Below are positions 26,012-37,689 of a DNA stretch of 64,000 nucleotides, piece by piece (position 1 is the stretch's first letter; each line of letters starts with the position of its first letter). Both the position numbers and the translations under genes were made by a program. Source of the stretch: Chiloscyllium plagiosum (taxonomy: Eukaryota); assembly GCF_004010195.1 (NCBI RefSeq), contig NC_057728.1, positions 41,582,844 to 41,646,843 of the forward strand. Direction: 5' to 3'. A model generated the notes under the pieces. That model was not told where the DNA came from. It did no database searches and saw only the letters and a program-made list of their open reading frames with translations.

Positions 26012-26916
26012 CTAATTTTCTGACAATCGCTATACTCTCCCGAGGAAAGTGTGGTCTCTCAAAATACATCACCCGTTACCTGGTGGCCATGGAAGTAGCT
26101 GATCTAATGGTTCTGATATTTGAAGTAATTCTGTTTGAGATTGAAGATGCTTATTTCCCAGATACCTTTCTGAACTATACCCCTCTTTGTAGCCTCAATG
26201 TGGTATTTCTTTTTATTTCTATTGATTGTTCTGTTTGGCTAACTGTGACTTTCACCTTTGATCGATTTGTTAGCATTTGTTACCGAAAATGGCAAACCAA
26301 ATATTGCACTGAGAAAAATGCCATATTGGTGATAGCAATGGTGTGTGTCCTGAGTATTCTGCTAAATTCTCCATTCTATTTTATATTTGAGCCTGTGGAA
26401 ATAATTGAAAATGTCCCATGGTTCTGCTCTATAAAAACAGACTTTTATGTCTTACCACATTGGGCAGCATTTCTGTGGGTTGACACAGTTTTAACCCCAT
26501 TTGCACCATTTGTTTTAATCGGGCTTCTCAATATTCTGACCATCAGACACATTGCAGTAACCAATAAATTGAGGAGTAAACTCCAAGGAAAGCGAGCTAC
26601 TCCGGATCATACTGACCCTGAGTTGGAGAACAGAAGGAAATCCATCATTTTACTTCTCGCCATATCTGGCACTTTCTTACTGTTATGGATGGTTATGTTT
26701 ATGTTTTTCATATCTGTGCAGTTTACAGACACACAATTTTTAGAAACAAATTATAATAACCCTTACACCATTTCTGAACAATGTGGGTATATGCTTAGGA
26801 ATTTGAGTACTTGTACAAACACCTTTATTTATGGAGTTTCACAGAGGAAGTTCCGAAATGAGATGAAGAATTTCGTTCAGCGTCCTCTGGCTCTCATTAG
26901 CAAAAAAATGAAGTAA
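26012..26916 (+). CDS. GPR139/GPR142-like class A GPCR, coding exon 2 (spliced product 324 aa)
   Basis: Acceptor TTTTGCAG|CT; open frame with TM2 VADL, TM3 SVWLTVTFTFDRFVSIC, TM5 PFVLIGLLN, ENRRKSIILLLAIS and TM7 STCTNTFIY. Family assigned from recalled similarity; orthology not established. Confidence 0.92.
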
Positions 26917-27216
26917 GCCAATAGTCCTAATATAGAGCATTCGGAGATGTAGTAGCAATGTCTGAGCCAGGATGCCTGTGTTCAGTGCCACCTATTCCAG
27001 AGATATATCATAACATCTGTGAACAGGTTGATGAGAAGCATGCAGAAATTAAATGCAACTTATTCCATAGAATTACAGGCTGGAATGGACAGGAAAAGGA
27101 ACCATGTATTCCTTATGTTAGTCGTCACAACGTTGTAGTACAAACACACTTGGTCCCGTTGTTCAACATCATATACAATGGCCATGTTTGATACCAAAAA
27201 TCATCACTTGTCGCAC

Positions 27217-27716
27217 NNNNNNNNNNNNNNNNNNNNNNNNNNNNNNNNNNNNNNNNNNNNNNNNNNNNNNNNNNNNNNNNNNNNNNNNNNNNNNNNNNNN
27301 NNNNNNNNNNNNNNNNNNNNNNNNNNNNNNNNNNNNNNNNNNNNNNNNNNNNNNNNNNNNNNNNNNNNNNNNNNNNNNNNNNNNNNNNNNNNNNNNNNNN
27401 NNNNNNNNNNNNNNNNNNNNNNNNNNNNNNNNNNNNNNNNNNNNNNNNNNNNNNNNNNNNNNNNNNNNNNNNNNNNNNNNNNNNNNNNNNNNNNNNNNNN
27501 NNNNNNNNNNNNNNNNNNNNNNNNNNNNNNNNNNNNNNNNNNNNNNNNNNNNNNNNNNNNNNNNNNNNNNNNNNNNNNNNNNNNNNNNNNNNNNNNNNNN
27601 NNNNNNNNNNNNNNNNNNNNNNNNNNNNNNNNNNNNNNNNNNNNNNNNNNNNNNNNNNNNNNNNNNNNNNNNNNNNNNNNNNNNNNNNNNNNNNNNNNNN
27701 NNNNNNNNNNNNNNNN
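27217..27716. other. Assembly gap (500 N)
   Basis: Run of N. Confidence 1.
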
Positions 27717-29280
27717 GCATGTGTATTGTCTATAGTATGCAACTGTTTCCAAATGTGGAAACAGTAGGACTCGGATGAATCTGAGGACAGGTAAACTGTG
27801 TGATTAAACAACAACTAGGGCGAAAGAATGGGGTTATATGTGTGAGGGAGTATAAGTCATGTCACCTATATTTTTTTTCTCATGGGAATTGTGCCTTCAT
27901 GGTTGCAGTGCCAATATGCTGTTGGTGAGGGGCAGCACTGGATTACCAAAGCTTGTCTGGGTGCAATGCACCCTATCAAAGATGGCGCAGGTTCCAGGGA
28001 TTCTAGACTTTCAGCAGATATCAGCTGGGTGGAGAGTTGGTCTGGGAAAGATGCATGGTAAGATTGGGCTAAAATGGATGTGAGGAATGGCATTGGGATA
28101 AGGTAGATAGTTAGTGAAATGCAATTGGTAAGATACAGCAAGAATCTCTCCAAAAGACCTCAATGAAACTTGGACTAGCCAAAACATTCAGCTCCTTTCT
28201 CCTGACTGTAATGAGCCACAAATTTAGTGGTCAAGGCACAGCTGCTATTTCTTCAACATGAATGTCACTACACAGCAACATGGGATGACAGTTTCACACA
28301 AGCAAATACAAAACCACCCATTTTGACCGTTCAGTCAAAATAACGGATAACCTGCAGCAGCTTCTGGCCATGGTTTAAATATCATCTAAATACCTTAATG
28401 AGATCAGTATCTGTACACAGATAGTGGATACCTGGCAATAGACATAACATTTTTCTTTCAGTCTACCAATTTCCTAATAGCTACCTCAATTTTAAGTATA
28501 CTCTTTTTCTCGGTCCCTTCTCTGCAACAGCCTGGTTGACATGTGCTTTACAATGGCTCTTGATGACAGCTTTTAAAGCTGTGCTAAACAGTAGCAAATA
28601 CTTTTATGCCACATTATAGATGGAAATGCATTACAAGGCTGCGCTGAGTTGTTTAGATGTCTTCACAGACGAAGACAGTAAAGATTCTGTGGCTGCAGAT
28701 AACCAAAACTAACAGTTTGTTAATAGTAATCACAGTGATCATTAAAAAAAGTTAACTGAAAAAACCCAACCACAATCTGGATTACGTTATCTCCAACAAG
28801 CTGCCATCAATTTTGCCATAGTGATTGTTATCAAACCACTGTTTCCTATCAGATACCTTGTTTAAACTGAGGTGAGAGAAAGTGCACTCTGAGCACCTTT
28901 CAGGGTTTTACCATAGAGGCACATGCACCAGAATGCATGTAATGAACTATGGGCTAGGTCAGCCAATATCTCTCAACAGGACAAGTTCACACGGGAAGAC
29001 TGTAAAATGAAACCTGTCAAGTCACACCTGCGAACTGAAGTGTGCTTTGAAATTTGGACACATGCCAAAACTCTGCATATATTAACTTACTTCAGTTCTT
29101 AATTGGAACAGCACTGGAATGCACTAACTGCTGATAAATGAGCAATTTAAAACATTACATTGCAGTTTCATCATTCAAAAGGAAGACCGGTTACAGTAAA
29201 CTCTCAAGACTTTATGTTTTTAAGGCAGTGTTAAAATTTGACAACGTGATAGATGGGGAGGAGAGAAAACTAGAAAAAAA

Positions 29281-29519
29281 AGAGGGAGATGCAAACAAAA
29301 GTAGAAAGCATTGAAAAAAAAGGAATTTAGAGAAATTGATTATAGACATTTGGGAAGAACACCAGCCACATTTCAAAGACTAACTAATAAAGTCATTTCA
29401 GGATTACCCATTTTTATTGTGATTTTTAGTCACTCACTGAAGAGGGAGATGCAAACAAAAGTAGAAAGCGTTAAAAAAAAAGGAATTTAGAGAAATTGAT
29501 TATAGACATTTGGGAAGAA
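29281..29519. repeat. Direct duplication of about 79 bp, period 160
   Basis: AGAGGGAGATGCAAAC...TGGGAAGAA occurs at 29281-29359 and 29441-29519 with about 2 mismatches. Confidence 0.92.
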
Positions 29520-30216
29520 TGTACTCAAAGTCTACACTCAGTACCCCAGAAAACATATGTTAATATGAGCCCAGCACAATCCAATGTCCTTTATTGCTAC
29601 AATTTTAAAAGAAATTTCAATGAGCTGCAGCAGACTGAATCATTGGATGCAGTTTGGTCTTAATTTGCCTGGATGGCTGAAATAAAAGAACCCTGCTATC
29701 CAGGATCAAGCAATTTACTCGATTGGCTCTGCTGCCGAAACTTCCACATGCTTCAATACCAGTATGCTGTGGTTGCATGTGTATTGTCTATAGTATGCAA
29801 CTGTTTCGTCACCACAGAATTCACTAAAGGCCAAAGGTATAATATTAACTCTACATTCTCCTCTAAGCTCCCTATACCTATTCAGACAAAAGTAATGAGT
29901 AGCCTTGGGTTCAAAGTGATACCCACTCACAACAAAGGTAATATTTTTTTCACAGGGTGAGCAGTGTGGAAAGCATTGCCTTGAAATGTAGTAGTTACCT
30001 GACAGAGCAGTGCTCCGAAAGCTTGTACTTTCCAATAAATCTGTTGCAACTATAACCTGGTGTTGTGTGATTTTATTTTCGGCAAATTAATTTTATTTAC
30101 AGAAATGGAGCATCACAAAAATCAGCTTCTTCGAGCTGAAAGCAGTAGAAGTCCTTCAACATGTTCAGATTTCCAATTTGTCGTGTATTAGAATGCACTC
30201 ATGCTCCTTTTGTAAT

Positions 30217-30489
<273 letters not shown>

Positions 30490-30849
30490 CTATTTCCACA
30501 CTGTAGGGATTCTATGAAAATGTGCCTTCTTGCACCAATAATCAAATTCTGTACTAACAAACAACTAGTGCCATTTGTTAAATTTGTTACCTTAGACTTG
30601 GCATTGTCTCACGAAAGGCAGAATGTCTCACATTTAATTAACAAGAAAGCACACTTGGAGGTATACAAACGTACAATACACAGATTCTAGAACAAAGGGT
30701 TTCCTCTGTTTGTGTCATGCTATTGTTTGAATAGATATTGGGCAACACAGATAAATCTTTTCAGGGGAATGAACATAGGTTTCAATTATGAGAGATCAGT
30801 GCCATTGAATTGAAACGATCATGTGAAACATTTTGAACAATGTAATAGC

Positions 30850-31119
30850 CTCTTAGCTACAACCATCCCCTGGCTGAACACTTTAACTCCCCCTCCCATT
30901 CCGCCAAGGACATGCAGGTCCTTGGCCTCCTCCATCACCAGACCCTGACCACATGACACCTGGAGGAAGAGCGCCCCTACCTTTTATCTCAGCCCCCCGG
31001 CACACCAGCCTCATTCCTGAAGGAGGGCTTATACCCGAAACGTCGATTCTCCTGCTCCTCGGATGCTGCCTGGCTTGCTGTGTTTTTCCAGCACCACATT
31101 TTTCGACTCTTAGCCACAA
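30850..31119 (+). mobile_element. Internally deleted PLE 3' fragment with 13-bp TSD
   Basis: Encodes HPLAEHFNSPSHSAKDMQVLGL; family A tail; flanks CTCTTAGCTACAA / CTCTTAGCCACAA. Confidence 0.85.
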
Positions 31120-31582
31120 GTTATGAACAATATACTCAGAACAGCATCGACCAATGAAGGCACAACTTTTTGTTCACATGGACAGAACTTTCTATTGTTC
31201 CAGAAGAACAAAGACAAAACTCATCCTCTTAGAGTGAAATAAGAAAACATGTATTTTGTTTAAAACAATCCTTTACACTGTTAAACAACAAGTTTGCTGA
31301 CAAGGTTGATGCAACAAAAACTTTTCAGGACCGAATGGAAAAACAAAGTCCACAAACTGTTTTGGGATCTTTCTCCCACAGTATACAGTACACATACAGC
31401 ATTTTGTTTTATATTTCAGGACTTTTACTGTAATACCACTCACTGAAAATTACAACACACTAAAAAAAGACTCATTGAAGGAATCCCTTTATCTCAAATA
31501 GATAACAAATGTTTCAGTCCACCATCCTTTGTTAGCAGCAATTACATAGAGATAAAGTAGTCCAAACTGACAGATATGAAGA

Positions 31583-31705
31583 TGTGATGTGAAGGTGCCA
31601 GTTTTGGACTGGGTTAGAGAAGGTCAAGAATCACACGACACCGGGTTATAGCCTAACAGGTTTATTTGAAAACACCAGCTTTTGGAGTGTTGCTGCTGCG
31701 TCAGA
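31583..31705 (-). mobile_element. Short PLE-type repeat, family B
   Basis: GATGTGAAGGTGCCAG...CACGACACCGGGTTATAG...CCAGCTTTTGGAGTGTTGCT. Confidence 0.7.
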
Positions 31706-32131
31706 ACTTCAACACACACAATTGTCATAAAGATGTTCAGTTCTACAATACTTTAGTTCAAAAAACAAACTAAAATTTAAATGAAACTTTTTAAAAATAC
31801 ATATAACTATACAGAACCAAGTTTAGAATATTTTAAACTGCTAAAAAATTAACAAGAGCCTTAACAAGCTCAAGATTGCAAGCTGGTCAGTTCTTGATGT
31901 GCAAAAGATGTTTTCAAAAGGTGAACAGACTCAAATACAAGAAGTTACTTTTGAATCCTGTACTTTTTTTATGCAGGCATTAACCTCACTTTCTCTCGTG
32001 TTGCATTAAGTCAACAAGACAAAAGCAATTGAGCAGGGGAGTGGAGAAAAATTTTTAAACTGAGAGGGAAGACATGCACACAGAGAAGACTTTTAACAGT
32101 AAGTTTTGAAAATATGGAGCAAAAAGAAGAA

Positions 32132-32169
<38 letters not shown>
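32132..32169. repeat. Poly-G run (38 nt)
   Basis: Homopolymer; its length may be a sequencing artefact. Confidence 0.9.
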
Positions 32170-32171
<2 letters not shown>

Positions 32172-32720
32172 TTTCAAAGTATCAGAGTATAGTGGTCAAA
32201 CGTAGCGCTTCTAATGAATGCCGAGTCGGAGTGGGGAATGAGTTGTAATCCTATGTCAGCCAGAAGAGTCAAGAAGATGTGCAGCTGGAGAGGATTGGTC
32301 ATGGAGGGTGAAGCAAGACCCTGGAGGGGTTTGAAAATTAGGCTTTGAAGTCAATTCACTTGGGTCCAGGAAGCCATGGGCCAGTGAGTTCTGGCAAGGG
32401 TGGACTGGGAAGGTATAAAGAGAACCAGATGTACGGCAAAAACAGACAAATTCAGAAGTCAGTCTTTGAGGTGAAGAAAGTGTGGATTGAGCTTAGCTAC
32501 TGGTGAGAAAGGGGTATAGCCGCAGACACGCAATATTTCAGAGATCCTGGTAACAGACCATTGCTGTGTAGGAAATCCGGCACTGAATGAGTAGAAAATC
32601 ATTCAGAGGACAGTGGAGCTTTCCTTTTTGGCTATGGCATATTTCCCATCAGATTGTTCCCTTGTATTAATCTAATATACATACTAGGGGCAGGAACCAA
32701 AAAATATATAAATATTAAAT

Positions 32721-33036
32721 AGGGCGGCACGATGGCTCAGTGGTTAGCACTGCGGCCTCACAGCACCAGGGTCCCAGGTTCGATTCCAGCCTCAGGTGAC
32801 TGCTTGTGTGGAGTTTGCACATTCTCCCAGTGTTTGTGTGGATTTCCTCTGGGTGCTCTGGTTTCCTCCCACAGTCTAAAGATGTGCAGGTCAGGTGAAC
32901 TGGCCATATTAAATTGCCCATAGCGTGAGGTGCATTAGTCAGAGGGAAATGGGTCTGGGTGGGTGGGTCTTCGGAGGGTCGGTGTGGACTTGTTGGGCCG
33001 AAGGGCCTGTTTCCACACTATAGGGAATCTAATCTA
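32721..33036 (+). mobile_element. Full-length HE1-like tRNA-derived SINE
   Basis: A box TGGCTCAGTGG, B box GGTTCGATTCC, central TGTGGAGTTTGCACATTCTCCC, CR1-like tail GGGCCGAAGGGCCTGTTTCC and (AATCT)n. Confidence 0.92.
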
Positions 33037-33249
33037 GAGAATTTTAGGAAGTGCTGGTTGAGGGAGTAATCTTTGTTTTGAAGCTGAAATAACATCCAAC
33101 ATTTCTACCAAAAGGAAGATCAACAGGGTTTTTACGCCATCCAAAAGCAATGGCACTTTTTCTAAATTATCAGAGAGCCAGGTTTAATGTTTTTTTTGCA
33201 GGTGCAAAGCCCTGTGGACCAGCAAAATCTGAAGTGGGCTTGAATTTGC

Positions 33250-33455
33250 TAGTGACAACAAAAAAATGCTGGAGATCGCAACGGGTCAGGTAGCATCCAT
33301 GGAGAGAGAGCAAGCAAACACTGAGTTTAGGAGAGTCATCTAGACTCAAAACATTAGCTTGCCTACTCTCCAAGGATACTGCCTGACCCGCAGTGAACTC
33401 CAGCTTTCATTGCTTTCAATACAGATTCCAGCATCTGCAGTAATTTGCTCCTACA
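33250..33455. mobile_element. Decayed palindromic PLE-type cassette related to family C
   Basis: Imperfect inverted arms (GGGTCAGGTAGCATCCATGGAGAG / CTCCAAGGATACTGCCTGACCC) around GAGTC-ATCTA-GACTC-AAAACATT; relative at 60940-61047. Confidence 0.65.
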
Positions 33456-33555
33456 TTAAACTTACTAGTGTTCTTTAAATACAAGGCAAGCTCCTATGGG
33501 GAGGATCTTTCCAGTTATATTAATGATGGGATATTGCATCCTCATTCAGCATTGA

Positions 33556-33804
33556 CTATGAGGATCAAAGTTGAAACTTTATTGCTGGAACAGCACAGCA
33601 GGTCAGGCAGCATCCAGGGAACAGGAGATTCGACGTTTCGGGCACAGGCCCTTCTTCAAGAATGGCCTGAAGAAGGGCCTGTGCCCGAAACGTCGAATCT
33701 CCTGTTCCCTGGATGCTGCCTGACCTGCTGTGCTGTTCCAGCAATAAAGTTTCAACTTTGATCTCCAGCATCTGCAGACCTCACTTTCTCCTATGAGGAT
33801 CAAA
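33556..33804. mobile_element. Young palindromic PLE family A cassette with 14-bp TSD
   Basis: About 96-bp perfect inverted arms; CTATGAGGATCAAA at 33556-33569 and 33791-33804. Confidence 0.92.
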
Positions 33805-33975
33805 AAACCGTTAATAGAAGCTTTTTTCCAAAATTGGCCTTGGGATTATTTTCTGGTTGGCTCCTTCAGCAGACAGCACAAGTAAAGGTTAATGAAATGA
33901 TGTACATTACATATACATCATTCACAAAATATATGCCAATGAGGATGGTTTATCTTTTCCTATCCTTTGTTGGGG

Positions 33976-34162
33976 TACATGCCATTCAAACTGAATGGCA
34001 TGTACCCCATTCCTGTCACATTCCTGAAGAAGGGCCTGTGCCCGAAACGTCGAATCTCCTGTTCCCTGGATGCTGCCTGACCTGCTGTGCTGTTCCAGCA
34101 ATAAAGTTTCAACTTTGATCTCCAGCATCTGCAGACCTCACTTTCTCCTACATGCCATTCAA
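33976..34162 (+). mobile_element. Young PLE family A cassette with 14-bp TSD
   Basis: 34024-34148 is identical to 33667-33791; TACATGCCATTCAA at 33976-33989 and 34149-34162. Confidence 0.92.
34020..34055 (+). ncRNA. Minimal type I hammerhead ribozyme motif (best family A copy)
   Basis: ATTC-CTGAAGA-A-GGGC-CTGT-GCCC-GAAA-CG-TC-GAAT: stem I ATTC/GAAT, stem II GGGC/GCCC, palindromic ACGT helix III, predicted GUC cleavage after 34051. Confidence 0.78.
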
Positions 34163-34829
34163 CTTGTGTGGTACAGCTACATTGTTTTTGTGTACTAGCC
34201 ATCAGCCGATGACATTGCAGTTATGGTGAAACAGGATTGGAAATCAGACATGTATTGGTCTCATACATTCAGATGCATAGTAAGTCTCCATTTTCAGTTT
34301 GTATTTTGGTATTTCCATTACGAATCCAATGATGGAAATTTCCAATAGTGTTGGGTGGGGTGAGTCATCTGTTAGCTGGAAAGTTCTGCTCATCAGGAGC
34401 TGCGGGCCAAAGATGGCTGCTCATGTGCTCGGTAATGTCATGAGGCGGAGTTGGCCCCAGGGCAAAGTTAAGTGGTGAGAGGAGATCTTGCAGGGTGCGA
34501 AGTTGCAGTCATAAGGGGCAGTAAATGTGGTTCCCATTCACCTGTTCAATGTCCATGACCATGATTAGGTACCATCCTCTAACTACCAAAGTTCCACGCA
34601 CTCATTTTGCTTCCATGAATGCCATGTATTGGCAGGCTTTGACTAATTCCAACAGCTCAGGAAGAGATCCTGGTTTGCCCACCTAAAGACCTCAATTAAC
34701 GCCAGCAGGTTTGTTGACCCTGGCCTTCCTGTACATAACTTAGGCTGAAAAATGGAAAGGGATCTGCTTGTATCTCACCACTATTGGGATTCCACCCATT
34801 ATGGCATATTTATATAGGGAAACTGCGTA

Positions 34830-35270
34830 CAGAGGAACCTTGATTATCCAGCAAGATCGCAAGGTCCTGATGCTTGGCTAAACTATGTTATCTGGCATTT
34901 GATTATCCGGAATTCGATTTGATTAGATTACCCAGAATGTGGAAACGGGTCCTTCAGCCCAACAAGTCCGCACCGACCCTCCGAAGAGTAACCCACCTAA
35001 ACCCATTCCCCTAACCTATATTTACCCCTGACTAATGCACCTAACGCAATGGGCAATTTAGCATAGCCAATTCACCTGACTTGCACACCTTTGGATTGTG
35101 GGAGGAAACCTATGCAGACACGGGGAGAATGTGCAAACTCCACACAGACAGCCACCCGAGGCTGGAATCGAACCCGGGTCCCTAACGCTGTGAGGCAGCC
35201 ATGCTAACCACCTAGATTAACTAGCAAAATACTCTCCGCCCACGTCCTTCGGATAATCGAGGTTCCTCTG
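34830..35270. mobile_element. Tc1/mariner (Tigger/pogo-like) MITE with a nested SINE
   Basis: TIRs CAGAGGAACCTTGATTATCC / GGATAATCGAGGTTCCTCTG, flanked by TA at 34828-34829 and 35271-35272. Confidence 0.88.
34915..35212 (-). mobile_element. HE1-like SINE inserted in the MITE
   Basis: Reverse complement of the 32721 SINE, including the B box (GGAATCGAACC) and (GATTA)n tail. Confidence 0.9.
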
Positions 35271-36184
35271 TACATGTCATGCTATAACTACACACTAACA
35301 TTCATAGCAACATTACAGCATCTATACAAACAAAACTTTATAACTAATGATAATTTTTATCTCTTTAATCTAGTAAAACTATCCTGAGGTACTTCGCAGA
35401 ACTGTTATCAAATTCTGACACCAAGCCACACAAGGAGTTATTAGGCCAAATTCTGGGTCAAAGGGTCGATGAGAAGAAGTGTACTTACATAGGCAAACTA
35501 GATGGTAAATGTGTGCATTTGTTTTTAATGAAAATATTAACAAGAAATTATGCTCAACATCACGTGAATTGCAGTCAAGAGAAAATGGTTTCACCATTAC
35601 CCGTTATACAATTCAAGGTTATGCTGTTTAGTGCTGGAAGTTTTACCCGAGTCCATTGTTTCCAAAACCTTTACCTACTGTGACTCCATATTGTTGAAAG
35701 TTGTTGCAAACCCTCAGTGGAAGTTGTAAGAATGGAGTAGGGAGGTTGTAGGGGCAGGGAGCACAGCTATTTTTAAAACTCATTCAGAGCTCCATGGTAA
35801 CCATTGTTGCGGCCAAGCTCAGGACCCCACAATTTCAGCGTGTAACTCTACTTGGGATCCTGACTCATTGATTTTATATGACTCAATATAAATTTTATCT
35901 GAATAAAGGTTCAAACAACTGCACCTCAGTCTTTTGCCTTTTACTTTTGTTATTAGATGCTTCCAGAAACTAAATAAATCTGACTGACTGAATGGCACCT
36001 GGGAAATTAGGTAAATGCATTTAATTATTTCAACTTAGAGCAATACAACTCTGGGCTAAAATAGCAATTGTAAGCCCAGGCTTTTATTTGAGGCTGTATC
36101 TTTCAAGTAAAAAATTATAATGATGAAATTACAAGTCAATTCAATGAGTATATCTTATTTTGTTCCTTTAATGTGGATACTAGA

Positions 36185-36347
36185 ATCGCAGTTTCAAACA
36201 ACATTTAAAAAGAATCTGGATGGGTATATGAGTAGAATGATATGGGTCAAATGTTGCAAATGGGACTAGATTAATTTAGGACATCTGTTTGCATGGATGA
36301 GTTGGACTGAAGGATCTGTTTCCATGCTGTACAGTTCTAGGACTCTG
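36185..36347 (+). mobile_element. CR1 3' tail fragment
   Basis: ACATTTAAAAAGAATCTGGATGGGTATATG...GTTTCCATGCTGTAC. Confidence 0.8.
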
Positions 36348-37689
36348 AGAAACAATTCCAAGTAGGATCTTGAGCATGCTTCAAGAATTTAGAAACCAGA
36401 TTGCACAGATGAACGAGTTTATCTGTACAGTTTATCATCAATACAGATATAGGAATTTAAGTGTAATGGAAAAGTTGACAAAGTGTGACCGCAGTAGCTC
36501 AGATGATGATAAATATCTTGCCTCTGCAGAATTTCTAATATGTTCTAGATAGGAGCATTGGAATTATTAATCAATTGCCAAATAAAATATCAAAACTTTT
36601 TAAAAACTAAACCTCTCATTGGCAGCCTGCCATATCATCAGATGATTTGTGCTGTGATAGTCAACTGCTTGAAGCTACACCTTGAGGGGTTCGGAGAGCC
36701 AGTCTGTTCAGGCAGCCTCCGCCATCTTTGGAGCGGAGATCAACAATGGGTTGAGGCGATGATGCTTGCAGGCTCTTTTTTTTGTCCCCTTTCTGAGATC
36801 TCTGCTTGGTTAGTTGTGTTTTTTTGTTTCTGTTCACCTCTTCCTGTACACTTCTAAAAAGACAGTATTCAGAGGTCACAGCAACCGTCTCCTAGTTGAC
36901 AGGGTCAATATCCACCATATTCCCATCACACATAGCAGAGAGTATGGACCCCCAGGAGGCTATGACCCCGGGCTAGTTCACTGACCTGAATATTTTTGGG
37001 TATATAGCAATCATCCATCTGATGAACGTGATTGAGGCAGCACAGACATCACTGGAATGTGTTCTCACTAAAATGAAACATACCTTGTGGTACAAAACTT
37101 TTCAGCAGCTCATTAAATAAGGACTCTGCATACTGCTAAGATAAATCTGAACAAGCAAGGTAATTCCACACTGAACACCTGAGAGTTGAACATTCTCAAC
37201 TTATGCCAAAGTTTGTTCAAATGTTCAAGGGCCTCCATTATTAGCTAAGTGGATTCTCTGAACAACTAAGATTTACAAAAGGATGCAATATGCTTTTCAT
37301 AATGAATCTGTAGCAATGGATTGCATGTATTGCTGTGTTTATAAACCCCTACTCTCAGATTATTGTCTGAATTTTGCCACTACTACTTTACCCCAGTTGT
37401 AAAATATTGGAGAGGTGCTGAACTCAATATTGAAGTTCCTCTTGAGCTCTGAAACTGGAAGAAATTAGATGATTTACATTCTTTAAAACGGTGCTTTCAC
37501 TTTACAAGTGTGCAGCCAATAGCAATCCTTCCTTTATTGGGTGCAGCCAAATGTAAATGGACATTGTCAACCTTGCACATTAAGAAAATTTGTGTCTACC
37601 AAGATACACCAATGTCAGACTGCTATTTCTAGCAGGAGAAGGTGAACTTTGTTTAGAATGAGGTTTTTAACAATACACCAGCGAGGTCC

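Noticed and set aside
27125..27814. Long ORFs of 180-230 aa
   Set aside because: Artefacts of translating the N gap.
32132..32169. Functional G-quadruplex
   Set aside because: A pure homopolymer that may be a sequencing or assembly artefact; no independent support.
32721..32795. tRNA gene
   Set aside because: The A and B boxes belong to a SINE head that continues into the SINE body and tail.
33563..33763. miRNA precursor or DNA-transposon MITE
   Set aside because: The arms are PLE 3' terminal sequence also attached to GIY-YIG-coding fragments, and the 14-bp TSD and asymmetric ends do not fit a TIR element.
33468..34202. Repeated short ORFs (MLEIKVETLLLEQHSRSG..., MCCWKSAAGQAAS...)
   Set aside because: Incidental frames in the palindromic PLE cassettes, recurring wherever the repeat occurs.
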